In this document: piece by piece, positions 49,614 to 60,302 of the stretch | Position numbering within the stretch: the first letter of the stretch is position 1 | Layout: the number at the start of each line of letters is the position of its first letter | Made by a program: the position numbers and the translations under genes | Source: a virus | Lineage: Duplodnaviria > Caudoviricetes | Reading direction: 5' to 3' (one strand) | DNA: 64,000 nucleotides | IMG/VR virus record: IMGVR_UViG_3300029288_000119 | Span: 1 to 64,000 of that record | Notes under the pieces: generated by a model | What the model saw: the letters and a program-made list of their open reading frames with translations, nothing else | What the model was told of the DNA's origin: nothing | Databases searched by the model: none

Positions 49614-50099
49614 TTATTGTGCCTCATAAGTCTGAACTGTTAATGTCAACACGTCACTTATATTATCAGCCGATATATTAAATGAATAACTTATCGTTAC
49701 TATAATTTCCGTTTCACTTGGCTCGCGAACACCTACTGGCAGTTGATCTCCACAATAATATACCCCTATTCCATTTATTTTAACAAATTTCATCCATAAG
49801 TTGGTGGATTTTATGATTTCCTCTACAATTGCTTGTTTTAATATATCAGTTTTAGGCTGAAACAATAAATTTAATAAATCACACCCATATGATCTTCTAT
49901 ATATTCTTTCCCCACGTTTTGTTAATAACAAATTTTTTAAATTTTGCCTGACAACTGACGCTACATCAGGATCACTTTCAAATGCATCACCATCATTTGA
50001 TATTGCTAATGGTCTGGCAATATTAATTGTCTGTTTAACAATATCCGTAGTATTACTAGGTGTATATTCATCGGAATACCCATATGTTGATGTTGTCAT
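49614..50099 (-). CDS. Baseplate wedge subunit (gp25/GPW-like)
   Basis: QNLKNLLLTKRGERI...YGCDL..LLF. Confidence 0.9.
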   Translation of the reverse strand: MTTSTYGYSDEYTPSNTTDIVKQTINIARPLAISNDGDAFESDPDVASVVRQNLKNLLLTKRGERIYRRSYGCDLLNLLFQPKTDILKQAIVEEIIKSTNLWMKFVKINGIGVYYCGDQLPVGVREPSETEIIVTISYSFNISADNISDVLTLTVQTYEAQ

Positions 50100-50125
50100 A
50101 TAATAATTATGTGTTATAGAACAAC

Positions 50126-51277
50126 CTAAACTGCATTAGATTTGGTTGCAACTTGCATTGCCGCCGCAACTTCATGTAATTTAGCACTTGCATTTGACAA
50201 TGCAGCTTTTGAAACAGGAGGGGCTCCGGGTAAAGGAGTAAAATCAGCAAACGTAACGGCATCTAAAAATATTGCAATTTGCTCCAAAAGGGAAGGAATA
50301 TCCGGCCCTATTGTTGTAAGAATTTTATTGGTTCCCGAAGGCCCCCCGATAACTGTGGTTCCATCAATAACAACATTATTAGCACGAATTGTTACTTTTT
50401 GGTTGCCTTCAATTTCAATGTTACCCTCTTTATTAAATTTTATTTTCACCCCACCGTCTTTCGACTCGACAAGAATGTTTTTTCTTGCAATCAAAGCATT
50501 GTTGTCGCTCTTTATGTACCAAAGAGCTTCTTCCTCCTGATTACCAAGACCATTTATCATGTTGCTTTTAGAAGAAATATATATTCTTGACTTATCATTC
50601 TCAAAATCAGGATCACCATTTTCTTTTTGAACACCAACGACTATATCTATCGCTTCCCCATCCTCATATCCGCTATCTGTTGTATCTCTTCTATCATTTC
50701 CTAAAACTATACGTCCTGTATTTTTACTGGATATTAAATGATCTTGAATTCTTTTTTCAAAATTTATTCTTTTTTGTAATTTTGGCTTAAATTCATCAAT
50801 AATAGATTGCAAATCTTCCTGAGATGCCACAATGTCATTGATCGACAAAGTATTAGATTGGGATTCAACACCAAAAGCTTCCGCTGCAGAATTATCTGAG
50901 GTATTTTGCGTTAAATCTTGACCAGCATCAACGTAGCTTTTATCTATATTTGGCCATCGACTGTACCAAAATCCATAATCGAGTGAATCTTTTTCATATA
51001 TGACAGAAACACTTTCCATTGGAGCTACTGGTGGTGTATCATAGTCATTAATTGGCCACACAATGGTAAATCCGGAATCATTCATATTAATTTGTGGTTT
51101 ATAAATTTTTACTTTTAGTGCACCAATCGGACTCATACCATTATTGAATAATCCACCTTTTGTATCTACCTCGTATACCAACGCTCTATATAATATATAA
51201 TTGCTTACGTCGTTCAAATTACTTTTCATAGTCCTTTGAAATATCGTAAACGGATTACGAGCAGTTGTAGTAACCAT
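50126..51277 (-). CDS. Baseplate hub/spike-like protein
   Basis: N-terminal OB-like region, beta-rich C-terminus, next to gp25. Confidence 0.6.
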   Translation of the reverse strand: MVTTTARNPFTIFQRTMKSNLNDVSNYILYRALVYEVDTKGGLFNNGMSPIGALKVKIYKPQINMNDSGFTIVWPINDYDTPPVAPMESVSVIYEKDSLDYGFWYSRWPNIDKSYVDAGQDLTQNTSDNSAAEAFGVESQSNTLSINDIVASQEDLQSIIDEFKPKLQKRINFEKRIQDHLISSKNTGRIVLGNDRRDTTDSGYEDGEAIDIVVGVQKENGDPDFENDKSRIYISSKSNMINGLGNQEEEALWYIKSDNNALIARKNILVESKDGGVKIKFNKEGNIEIEGNQKVTIRANNVVIDGTTVIGGPSGTNKILTTIGPDIPSLLEQIAIFLDAVTFADFTPLPGAPPVSKAALSNASAKLHEVAAAMQVATKSNAV

Positions 51278-51279
51278 GA

Positions 51280-51564
51280 TTAGCTCACTTTTTCGTTAAA
51301 TTGAACAGGAATTGCGTTGGCTATATCTGTATAGTCTTCATTCTGTGGTTCTGATTTTTTAATAGCAAGACGTGCACGTTCGATCTCTAGTAACATCGAA
51401 TTCATTCTACATAACACTTCGCTGATCTTGCTAACCGTTCCGCCAACAACAGAAAATTCAGCACTATCATTAACTTGAACTTTTTGTAACATGTTTAACA
51501 AATATTGCCGATCATTGAGGATTTTTTCTTCTACCTGTTCAAAATTTTTTTCTTTTTTAGTCAT
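51280..51564 (-). CDS. Hypothetical protein
   Basis: ATAATTA 7 nt upstream. Confidence 0.55.
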   Translation of the reverse strand: MTKKEKNFEQVEEKILNDRQYLLNMLQKVQVNDSAEFSVVGGTVSKISEVLCRMNSMLLEIERARLAIKKSEPQNEDYTDIANAIPVQFNEKVS

Positions 51565-51570
51565 CTCAAT

Positions 51571-52356
51571 TTAATTATTCATTATCCATTTGTTTTTGAC
51601 ATCATAATATATTTTTTTCAATCTTCCAAGAGACAATGATATTTGTTTTGGTGTCATCCCTAGCATATCTCTCAAATATATAATCGCCGCTTTCCTATTA
51701 TGTATATCTATTTCATCTATATGATTCAACAAATGAATAACACCATTCAATACTTTGGCATCACGATCTACACAATAATTTTTAATTTCACCAAAATTAT
51801 CTATTAAAAATACAATAAAATCCTTATCAAAAAATTGATATTCACACTCATCGTATGTTGATTTCGATTTCTCTCTGACATAATTTTTTACTTGTGTTTC
51901 ATCTGTCGAAACAAATTTTTTCTCCGATCTTTTAACAATATTGTGTTGCTGGAACAACCAATTTTTGGCTATAATATTAAAATATGAAAAAGCTGTTTCT
52001 GGTCTATTAGTGTCGAATGTTTCTATTTTCATAAACAAAAATCTTACACAATCATCTCTCAAATTTGACACATTATCTAAACCATTTACCTTATATACGA
52101 ATATCAAATTGCTAGCCAGGGCTATAAATGGTTTTTTTAATTCATTTTCAAATATAAGACTTTTTTGTTTTGGATCCTTACATTTAATAAATTTTGCAAT
52201 TGAATGACCAGTTTCTTTTGTAAAATAATTTTTGCGTTTTCCACTTTTTGTCGTACAGAATTTTTTTCTTTTCAGATATTCCTGTTCTCTAATCTTTTTT
52301 CTTTGTTCCTTTGTTAATTTTTTATTTTCCTCACCCTTTTTTTTCTTCCCGAACAT
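51571..52356 (-). CDS. Phage late sigma factor (T4 gp55-like)
   Basis: NYFT, LASNL, DDCV..L...I.TFD, AFSYFNIIAKNWL (sigma region 2 like). Confidence 0.75.
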   Translation of the reverse strand: MFGKKKKGEENKKLTKEQRKKIREQEYLKRKKFCTTKSGKRKNYFTKETGHSIAKFIKCKDPKQKSLIFENELKKPFIALASNLIFVYKVNGLDNVSNLRDDCVRFLFMKIETFDTNRPETAFSYFNIIAKNWLFQQHNIVKRSEKKFVSTDETQVKNYVREKSKSTYDECEYQFFDKDFIVFLIDNFGEIKNYCVDRDAKVLNGVIHLLNHIDEIDIHNRKAAIIYLRDMLGMTPKQISLSLGRLKKIYYDVKNKWIMNN

Positions 52357-52530
52357 TTACACTTACCAATTCTTTGATCCTATACACATTTTTCTATGTA
52401 GTTATAGGTATCACATATACCTACATTATACCACAAAACAATTATCTTGTAAGTTCAGGCTACTAATATAGCTTGAAGTTCCCGGAAGACCAAGGAAAAG
52501 CCAGGGAGATATATTTTATATTATACGTCT

Positions 52531-52797
52531 TTAAACTTGAGAATGAGGAAACAGATCTTTAAGTTGACCATATCTATCTTTAGTGGCTCTAACTCGTCTG
52601 TTGAAAGCAACAACCCAACTGTCGTTCATTAGCAGATGTTTTTCGGTCATTCTTTCAAAAAATCGATAGTCATCTTGTATTTTATCATATTCTTCATCAA
52701 GAAATCCTACCAATTTTGTGTGGGCAATATAAAACCTTACATTTAATATTAAACTTGCAACCAATAATATAGATATAATGATTATTGTTATTATCAT
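52531..52797 (-). CDS. Membrane-anchored protein
   Basis: N-terminal TM helix followed by a helical region. Confidence 0.55.
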   Translation of the reverse strand: MIITIIIISILLVASLILNVRFYIAHTKLVGFLDEEYDKIQDDYRFFERMTEKHLLMNDSWVVAFNRRVRATKDRYGQLKDLFPHSQV

Positions 52798-53441
52798 TTT
52801 ATTTTTGGGTGTGTTGATGATACTTTTACGTGTCTTTTTATTTTGGCATAATCTTCTAAGATATCAACAATTTCTCGCCAATTTTTTACCCTTATGATTT
52901 TATCTTTTATGTCGTTTGGTAAATCACGATTATAAATATGATCGAACACTATTACTTTCTTCCCAGATTTTATAATATTTTCAATCGTGCTTGGTTTATC
53001 CTCGATATAAATATCACAATCTACTTTTTCTTTTTCCGATGTACAATACATTTGATCATATTTAATTTTATGGATTTTGAGCCATTTTACCGTATCCTTT
53101 AACAGATCATCAGTTGCTTGGTCTGTAACAATATTAATATCATATCCAATGGCTCTTAGTCTCGAAATTGCTTCTTGAACATAATCATAGGTAGGAGCTT
53201 TCACCATAACTTCTGAATGATGATCATAAATCCAAAATTGGTTAATTTCTTCTGGAGACAAATTTTTGAATGATTTTGTGATATTATAAAAGCGAAAATC
53301 TTGAGTATTTGTCCTTTCATTACCTAATACATCAATTTTGACAGCAGGAATGTGCTTTTTAAATGTTGTAATTATTGAAGATATAAAATTTCTGAGACAT
53401 CCGTCTACATCTACGCTAAGCCTTGGCAATTTATTTTCCAT
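52794..53441 (-). CDS. 5'(3')-deoxyribonucleotidase (HAD, NT5C-like)
   Basis: DVDGCL, IVT, T.KWL, YIEDKP, YNR. Confidence 0.85.
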   Translation of the reverse strand: MENKLPRLSVDVDGCLRNFISSIITTFKKHIPAVKIDVLGNERTNTQDFRFYNITKSFKNLSPEEINQFWIYDHHSEVMVKAPTYDYVQEAISRLRAIGYDINIVTDQATDDLLKDTVKWLKIHKIKYDQMYCTSEKEKVDCDIYIEDKPSTIENIIKSGKKVIVFDHIYNRDLPNDIKDKIIRVKNWREIVDILEDYAKIKRHVKVSSTHPKIK

Positions 53442-53512
53442 AGTATGCCCTTTCTTATATAATCATCCTTCAATTTCAATTATACTAACTTAAAACAAAT
53501 TTGTTATGTATG

Positions 53513-56485
53513 CTAACTCCTTCTAATTCCCGTTCCTAATGTACTATATATTGCAACATTTTTTGGTAACATATGCGGTTTTTTATTTCGCTCCAGTAAA
53601 TGACTTTCTATTACCTTTTCTTCTCCAATAAAACAAGTTCTGGCTGGTATTAATTTTTCAACAATCGACATGTAAAATTTGTCAACACCGGAAATATTGT
53701 TGAAATAATTTATAAATGATATGTTCCCGGATAATCTGGTAAAATATGGCTCTACAAATTGTTTTAAGCTATATTCGTTTCTATATTCAAGTCCAGGAAC
53801 ACCAATAATATAGCTCACTTTATTTGTTTTATCAAACAACCTAATCATATCCCTATTCAATGCATCTATCGCATTATATTCCATGGACATCATATCAACT
53901 CTATCATAGTCAACATTAATATTGTCATGTTCTCCATAAATTATGTCATTCGTATTCCACTTTAAAGAAATATCTGGACACAAATGTTTATATTCAAACA
54001 AACTGGAATAAAAATTACCAGTTGTTGATGGGGCAAAATTTAAACCAGTAACATCAACCATTGATTTATAATAACCATAATTTGTAATGTTTTGTATTGT
54101 TCCGCTTGTATTGGATTGTATACCATCGTCTAATATCCAATGCCCAATTAACTTTACATAATCATATTCCGGATTGACAGAACCAACTGATGTTAAATCA
54201 TAACAATGTGAATTCAATTCAGTATCTATTAATAATTTATCCCATAATCTGAACTCTGATTGTACAGTTTCGGTCTGTTTTCCTAAACTTCCAGAAAATG
54301 CTCCAACATATAAATAACCATTAAAAGATTCAGTAATAAACGCCCCGACACTAGAACAAATTGATTGGATTTCTTCTGAAGTTGGATCATATTTTTTAAT
54401 ATCAAGATAGTGTATTGGTATAATTTTGTCGATATTTCTTCTATATGATATGTTATAATATTCACCATCAAAAATTTCTATTAATGATGATGTTAATCTT
54501 TGAATTACACCCTCACTTGATCCGCTAGTTTCAATATAAACATTACCATACGATGAAGTAAGATCCCGCTCAAATGCCAAACATATCTCGCCACCAAGTG
54601 TGTGTTTAATACCCCATATTGATCCAGTTGTAATATATGGTTGACTTGTAACTATCGTTTCAAAGAATGTCCCGGATTCATATGACAAATATGGTTTAAA
54701 CGAAACCAAAGTTTCAATAGACAATGAATTAGTTAATTGATACGGCAATTGTGACGCAGACATAATAATACATGATGCAGTTGAATGTGCATTTGTACCT
54801 TCAATATCTTCTAAATCTGGTTTACCACCAAAATTTAATATTTTTACATACCTTGAATCACCAATATATGAACTAGTTATTGGATAAGAATATGTTGAAT
54901 CATAGTCCTTAACTGAAATTATTTCATTATTTAACCCAACACAGTGCATAAATGCATCAATCGATTCTTTTGTTCCCTTTGTTTTATATACATATGTAAT
55001 GTTAGAAAGTATATTCCTCCAAAATATTTCATTTATGTCTTTAATTGAATATAATATGTTATTACTTGCTGAATGTTGTATAAAATATTCAGCTATCGTG
55101 GCAGTTGGGAAATTATCAAACGATTCTAAACCGTATAATTTAATGGCTGTTTGTAATAATTTGTATGGAACATTTTCCGCATTGTGGAAATTCTTAATCT
55201 CTTGAACATGTATTTTAATTTCGTCCAACTGTCTGGCGAATAAATATAATAAATTCGTAAGGTTATATGATTTTAAAGATTCCTCTTCATCTAAGTATGA
55301 TTGTGGAATCAAATTAGTAATCATATATCTATTTGTTGAATCATATTCTTTAGCAGATTCCCAAATAGTATTAATATGTGTTACTACATCGGAATAATCA
55401 TCTAAAACAATTGGATCATAATAATCATATTCATCAGACATTATACTATCGCCAGATGATCCAACTAATGAACCAGACACCTTATTTGCGGCGCTATAGT
55501 TCTGAATTCGAAGATCTATTGGATTTTTAGCATAATCATAAACAACATTATATAATGATCCATCACTCGTTATATAGTGTGGTTCATTAAATTTAACATA
55601 AAGAACAAGTTCTGGCTCCCAGTGAATGTGTCTGTTATAATATTCAGCAATTTGCTCAGATGTTCTATATGAATTCCATATTCTTAATTCATCAAGCGAT
55701 CCTTCAAGATATTCCCCAATTGGAGGACCTGGAGGGGGTTCCGGAGATCGAGATCCAATATAAACACCAAGTGATCCTGTTTCCAAAATAAGATGACCAA
55801 TTGGACTTGACGAAGTTACAAGAGCAAGTTCCCCATCAACATAAGCTCTTGTCTCGGCACTAGCGGAAGAATAACAAAAAGCAAAATGGTGTCCAACATT
55901 ATAATACGAATTAGAAAATGGACAAGAAGCGGAAAAAATTGTAGATCCTGATTGAACTCTAAAAATCATTTCATTCGATGCTGATAAAAAGACTTCATAA
56001 TATAATTGATCAAAATCCCGACCCCGTTTAACTATGTATTGATTAGGATAACCGGGTGCATAAGATGCTGTTAATTGACAACAAAATTCTATGGATAAAG
56101 AATTATCCGATGAAGTAAGAGACATTTTATTTTCATAATCAGCCCCAAATATATAAGAGTTTGATCCACTATTAAAAAAGTGACCTGAATATGATGGAAA
56201 TTTTTTAAATGAATATTTTTCAAATCCATTTAACGTATCCCACCAAGACATCCATTCATTCCACGACCATGTGCGATTATATTCGTTAAACAATCTCCAT
56301 AAAAAAATATTATATTTTGAATATGCGCTTTGGTATGTAGTGTGATTTGACCATTCGGAATAATCTATCTTTTCACCCGGCAAATTATATGATTTAAGGT
56401 ATGATTCGAGAATAGCTGAATTTTCGGCTGATGAACTTAGAAAAGAAAGATCTAGGGGATAATCGGATCCGCGAAAAGATGTCAT
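53513..56485 (-). CDS. Large virion/baseplate protein with LamG-like domains
   Basis: HHFAF, YVDG, GSLDELRIWN, KTKGTKESI; late motif upstream. Confidence 0.7.
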   Translation of the reverse strand: MTSFRGSDYPLDLSFLSSSAENSAILESYLKSYNLPGEKIDYSEWSNHTTYQSAYSKYNIFLWRLFNEYNRTWSWNEWMSWWDTLNGFEKYSFKKFPSYSGHFFNSGSNSYIFGADYENKMSLTSSDNSLSIEFCCQLTASYAPGYPNQYIVKRGRDFDQLYYEVFLSASNEMIFRVQSGSTIFSASCPFSNSYYNVGHHFAFCYSSASAETRAYVDGELALVTSSSPIGHLILETGSLGVYIGSRSPEPPPGPPIGEYLEGSLDELRIWNSYRTSEQIAEYYNRHIHWEPELVLYVKFNEPHYITSDGSLYNVVYDYAKNPIDLRIQNYSAANKVSGSLVGSSGDSIMSDEYDYYDPIVLDDYSDVVTHINTIWESAKEYDSTNRYMITNLIPQSYLDEEESLKSYNLTNLLYLFARQLDEIKIHVQEIKNFHNAENVPYKLLQTAIKLYGLESFDNFPTATIAEYFIQHSASNNILYSIKDINEIFWRNILSNITYVYKTKGTKESIDAFMHCVGLNNEIISVKDYDSTYSYPITSSYIGDSRYVKILNFGGKPDLEDIEGTNAHSTASCIIMSASQLPYQLTNSLSIETLVSFKPYLSYESGTFFETIVTSQPYITTGSIWGIKHTLGGEICLAFERDLTSSYGNVYIETSGSSEGVIQRLTSSLIEIFDGEYYNISYRRNIDKIIPIHYLDIKKYDPTSEEIQSICSSVGAFITESFNGYLYVGAFSGSLGKQTETVQSEFRLWDKLLIDTELNSHCYDLTSVGSVNPEYDYVKLIGHWILDDGIQSNTSGTIQNITNYGYYKSMVDVTGLNFAPSTTGNFYSSLFEYKHLCPDISLKWNTNDIIYGEHDNINVDYDRVDMMSMEYNAIDALNRDMIRLFDKTNKVSYIIGVPGLEYRNEYSLKQFVEPYFTRLSGNISFINYFNNISGVDKFYMSIVEKLIPARTCFIGEEKVIESHLLERNKKPHMLPKNVAIYSTLGTGIRRS

Positions 56486-56492
56486 ATACTAA

Positions 56493-57779
56493 TTATCTAT
56501 GATTCAAAAGCCCCAACTTTTCCAAATTATCAACTGATAAAAATACACTATCATCAATATTTTTCCACGTCCCAAGAAATAGTCCGGAGAATTTAATTTT
56601 GTAAGTTTCGCACATTTTTCTGAATTCTGTCGTAAAAATATTTTTAATTAACCACGAAATAACCTTCGGTGTTATTACTTCCTTAGGTGTTCTTTTCCCT
56701 TTTACAGCGGAGTCAACAAAATTCATAAAATTGATACTTAAATATATGTCGTCCCCAGTATTATTATAAATCATTGATTCAAAAAGATTTTCTTTTGAGA
56801 ATGTATAAACTCTTCTAGGAAGTTTAGATAGTGACGTTAAAATTGCTGGATCTTTGGTAATGTCTTCCCCACATTGTTTAGAAATTTCTTCCCATGTAAT
56901 TTCTTCTTGATCGTTATAACATCCACCAGAGTCGCCTTTGATAATTTCCCTATCCATTTCTGGTGTTTGTTGCCACTTATCCCACGTTAAAATTTCGCCA
57001 GTCTTCTTGTTAGTGTATTTGTTCGAATTAACACGTATTGGAAATGAACGATAATTAAGAATAATTGGACCGACAGTCCATGGTGGTAACATGGAATCAT
57101 CAAGAAACGCGGCAACAGAACAATTCCTAGATGTTGTTTTTGGCCAAAATTTACTATATAAACTAAGTTGCCAACCCTGAGCAATTTCACCAAGTATCGA
57201 TTCACCATTAATCAGACGGTTTATTATTTTTTCTTGTGTATTTATTAAATAACTCTCAAGACCGGATATATCTTTTGCTATTATCGCATCTTCTCTACGT
57301 AATAATCGGCGTGCTCTACTACTACCCACTCCATGAAGTGTAGACCCTATTTTTAAATTGATACAATCTCTGTTCTGTTTTTTGTTCCCGTCAAAATCAA
57401 CCAGACCCTTTTCGTAATCAACGTCTGTATCAGAAACAATCGCGCAATTTGGGTGGATTTTTATTTTGTCTGGATTGAAATGATATTTATCTATTTCATT
57501 TAAAAAAGTGCGCGTAGCAAATACACAACCCGGTGACAAATATTGTTCTTCATAATCATTTAAAGAAGTAATACTACTTAAACATTGATGTACAAATTCG
57601 CGACCATCATCATGAATTATTGTGTGTGCTGCGTTCTCCATAAATGTATTAACGGCTGATTTTGTGTGGTCTTGTTTAAAATGTTTCCAAACATAAGCAC
57701 CGCGAGATCCTTTTGCAGAACTACCAGCACCACCATCAAGAACAACGGTAATTTTCCCCGGTTTAAAGACTGGCTGCAT
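56493..57779 (-). CDS. purZ: PurZ-type adenylosuccinate synthetase homolog (2-amino-deoxyadenylosuccinate synthase)
   Basis: GSSAKG (Ser where PurA has catalytic Asp), NAAHT, IGST, QG..LS, FPIRV, SG.CY.D, KLPRRVYTFS, NF. Confidence 0.85.
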   Translation of the reverse strand: MQPVFKPGKITVVLDGGAGSSAKGSRGAYVWKHFKQDHTKSAVNTFMENAAHTIIHDDGREFVHQCLSSITSLNDYEEQYLSPGCVFATRTFLNEIDKYHFNPDKIKIHPNCAIVSDTDVDYEKGLVDFDGNKKQNRDCINLKIGSTLHGVGSSRARRLLRREDAIIAKDISGLESYLINTQEKIINRLINGESILGEIAQGWQLSLYSKFWPKTTSRNCSVAAFLDDSMLPPWTVGPIILNYRSFPIRVNSNKYTNKKTGEILTWDKWQQTPEMDREIIKGDSGGCYNDQEEITWEEISKQCGEDITKDPAILTSLSKLPRRVYTFSKENLFESMIYNNTGDDIYLSINFMNFVDSAVKGKRTPKEVITPKVISWLIKNIFTTEFRKMCETYKIKFSGLFLGTWKNIDDSVFLSVDNLEKLGLLNHR

Positions 57780-57800
57780 TATCGTCTCTTTCTACCCCAC

Positions 57801-58172
57801 TTATTCAACCTCAACACGAATTGCTGGTATCGATCTCACATCGTTTTTCCCATTGCCATATGACAATTTTTTCGATTCTATGTTTATTAATTCCTGTTTA
57901 TGTCTATTTAGTTCTTCCATAAGAAATTGCTTCATGGCTATGGCTGTTTCAATATCAATTGTGCATCTAGATTTATCATTAATAATTTGTTCCAATTTTC
58001 CAACATCAATACTCATGGCCTCTATATCTTCAAGATGCCTGCTTGCTTCATTATGCCAAAACCAGGAATACACATCATCATAAATTTTTTCTTTTTTTAC
58101 CTCATGTCCATAATTTATTAATTGATAAATTCTTGATGCCATATCGGACAATTTAATTCGTTCTTTTGACAT
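57801..58172 (-). CDS. Hypothetical protein
   Basis: AAGGAG SD; directly upstream of purZ. Confidence 0.6.
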   Translation of the reverse strand: MSKERIKLSDMASRIYQLINYGHEVKKEKIYDDVYSWFWHNEASRHLEDIEAMSIDVGKLEQIINDKSRCTIDIETAIAMKQFLMEELNRHKQELINIESKKLSYGNGKNDVRSIPAIRVEVE

Positions 58173-58202
58173 GTTCTCTCCTTATTTTAACACATTACAA
58201 TT

Positions 58203-58388
58203 CTAATCGTGAAGTATTTGTCGTCCGGTAACAACAACTTCACTTGATTCGCGTGGATTTATTTTTTCAAAATTTTTACACCCACAATTTGGGCATGCTA
58301 TCAAACACATACAATTTTCACAACATTTCTCACCGTCTACTTTTCTTTGATATATGGCCCCGCATTCAAGGCATTTTGCTAACATCAT
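58203..58388 (-). CDS. Zinc-ribbon protein
   Basis: CLEC, CENC, CPNC. Confidence 0.6.
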   Translation of the reverse strand: MMLAKCLECGAIYQRKVDGEKCCENCMCLIACPNCGCKNFEKINPRESSEVVVTGRQILHD

Positions 58389-58401
58389 GTCAGCTCCCTA
58401 T

Positions 58402-58668
58402 TTATTTAGATTGACGACCAGTTCCTTGACCAGTCCCAGCATTTGGTATCATAGATCTTAACTGTTCAATTGCTTGAATCAACGTGGTAAGTCTATCCTC
58501 ATGATTTCTAATAAGTGTTTGCACATTTAGATTGTCTTGCTCTAAATCTTTAATTTTTGCCTTTAATGATTTAATTTGCGCTTCGGTCGTTTGTACTACT
58601 GCCATGTTTTCACTCTCCTCTTTCTTCCCTATTTTTATGGTGGGTTTCTTTTTAAATGGCCACCACAT
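58402..58668 (-). CDS. Coiled-coil protein
   Basis: Heptad pattern; alternative start at MAVV with GAGGAG SD. Confidence 0.55.
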   Translation of the reverse strand: MWWPFKKKPTIKIGKKEESENMAVVQTTEAQIKSLKAKIKDLEQDNLNVQTLIRNHEDRLTTLIQAIEQLRSMIPNAGTGQGTGRQSK

Positions 58669-58717
58669 TTCACTTTATTGTGCTTTCTTTTCTTAATTTC
58701 ATTAAAAACATTTTACA

Positions 58718-58993
58718 CTATTTGAGCAAAATTGATTTAAGAGATAAACAATCTCTTATTATATATTCACAAATTTTGGCCTGAATGCTACCACATACTA
58801 TATGATATTCGTTTTTAGTTTTTGCTTTCGAATCAATTAAAACATTTAATTTTACAAAATGATTATATGTAATATTTAAATTATTTTCAAGCAATGGTGA
58901 TGTAGCATCGAATATTAATTCTGCTGATATTAACCGAGCCGGGTCTTTTTCAATCAACAATTTTATTCGTTTGTCTAAATTTTCTATGTTCAT
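58718..58993 (-). CDS. Hypothetical protein
   Basis: GAGG SD. Confidence 0.55.
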   Translation of the reverse strand: MNIENLDKRIKLLIEKDPARLISAELIFDATSPLLENNLNITYNHFVKLNVLIDSKAKTKNEYHIVCGSIQAKICEYIIRDCLSLKSILLK

Positions 58994-59000
58994 TTCTACC

Positions 59001-59642
59001 TCACAATTTCCAAACTAACATATTCATAGTCGTGCCATTATTTTCATATCCCAATAATTCGTTATCATACACAATACATTTTGATTGGTCAGAAACGGTG
59101 CTATTTGCTATGTTTTCTAAAATTTTTGAATTCAAATCCATGTTTATCGATGGCGTCTTAATATCCTTCAATTTTAGATTAAAAACATCGGTAAATTCTT
59201 TCTTTATTATATTGGCACACAAAATAAATCCGCCTTTTTTAGTAATTCTATACATTTCTTCGAAAGTAGCTACACATTCATCGATATTCAAATAATTAAA
59301 AAGCGTATTACAAAACGATCTATCAACAGATTCAGTTTTTAATTCAACATTAAAAACATCGTTTAATAACAACATAGAATTTTTTGACAAATTGTTATTA
59401 ACATGTTCACTACAAAAATCGATTCCAACAGTTCTACCACTTTCGGAGTTACCTTCAATAAACGATAATAAAGCGCCATTACCACAGCCAAATTCTGCAA
59501 TTATGTCGGTTTTCCGACTGTTGATTTGGTAAAGTATAGATCGCCCTACATATTCTGGCAAATATTCAAATACAGAATTTAATTTATTCCGATCATCTAA
59601 ATTTTTATCAGAAATCCAAAATTCCATCCACTGTTTGGTCAT
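59001..59642 (-). CDS. Class I SAM-dependent methyltransferase
   Basis: AEFGCGNG, GIDF, EEMYRITKKGG; no DPPY/NPPY motif. Confidence 0.85.
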   Translation of the reverse strand: MTKQWMEFWISDKNLDDRNKLNSVFEYLPEYVGRSILYQINSRKTDIIAEFGCGNGALLSFIEGNSESGRTVGIDFCSEHVNNNLSKNSMLLLNDVFNVELKTESVDRSFCNTLFNYLNIDECVATFEEMYRITKKGGFILCANIIKKEFTDVFNLKLKDIKTPSINMDLNSKILENIANSTVSDQSKCIVYDNELLGYENNGTTMNMLVWKL

Positions 59643-59646
59643 ATTA

Positions 59647-59985
59647 TTATGCTTTCACTTTAGATTGATATTGGCATGGAGGACGACCAGATTGTACATT
59701 TAATCTTCTACTAGCTTCTACCAGACCCGATACAACAAATTCAGCTAAAGTTAGACGTGTTTGTCGTTCTTTATATGTTCCTTGTGGATATCTAAATTTT
59801 ATTAATATTTCTTTAATTGTCATCGGGTTCTTGTATATCATAGATATTAATCTTTTGCATTCGCTTCTGTTTAACATTTTATAATGTGGTCGTCTATATG
59901 ATTCAACAACATCATACCATGTTCGATATAATGACTTTATAATTATCAGAATATTTTTTTCTGGAATTTCTATAACTTTTTTCAT
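59647..59985 (-). CDS. Winged-helix protein
   Basis: PMTIKEI...LAEFVVSGLV...GRPP..Y. Confidence 0.55.
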   Translation of the reverse strand: MKKVIEIPEKNILIIIKSLYRTWYDVVESYRRPHYKMLNRSECKRLISMIYKNPMTIKEILIKFRYPQGTYKERQTRLTLAEFVVSGLVEASRRLNVQSGRPPCQYQSKVKA

Positions 59986-60287
59986 TTTATAATTGGTTCA
60001 ATTGATTCCATAACATCGGCAAGCTCATTACCATCAATTTGTTTTTTCACAGCACTTATTGCAACTGCAATTAATTTTCCATCTAATGAAAATTTCTTTA
60101 TAAATTCCTTCTTCATATCATTTTTTTCTTGTCTTAACGTATCTAACTGGTCATCAATTTCGCATATGCGCGTGACGAGAGCCTTAATTGCGTCTTTCTT
60201 GTCCTTGATTTCCTCATCATCATTGTTTAATTTTTCGGCAACTGAATCTTTCGACATTTTTGTTTCCTTTCTAAAATAGTGTAACAC
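59982..60287 (-). CDS. dsDNA-binding protein (T4 DsbA/GapR-like)
   Basis: IKALVTRI.EIDDQ...LRQE..DMKKE....LDGK; true start probably MSKD. Confidence 0.6.
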   Translation of the reverse strand: MLHYFRKETKMSKDSVAEKLNNDDEEIKDKKDAIKALVTRICEIDDQLDTLRQEKNDMKKEFIKKFSLDGKLIAVAISAVKKQIDGNELADVMESIEPIIK

Positions 60288-60302
60288 AACAATATAAAAA
60301 TG

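Noticed and set aside
52400-52510. Riboswitch or ncRNA upstream of the late sigma gene
   Set aside because: Only short 7-9 bp hairpins around a TG-TATAAT promoter; not distinguishable from chance.
56493-57779. Ordinary PurA auxiliary metabolic gene
   Set aside because: It lacks the catalytic Asp of GDEGKG and the PurA GTP-specificity motifs, and has PurZ-type motifs instead.
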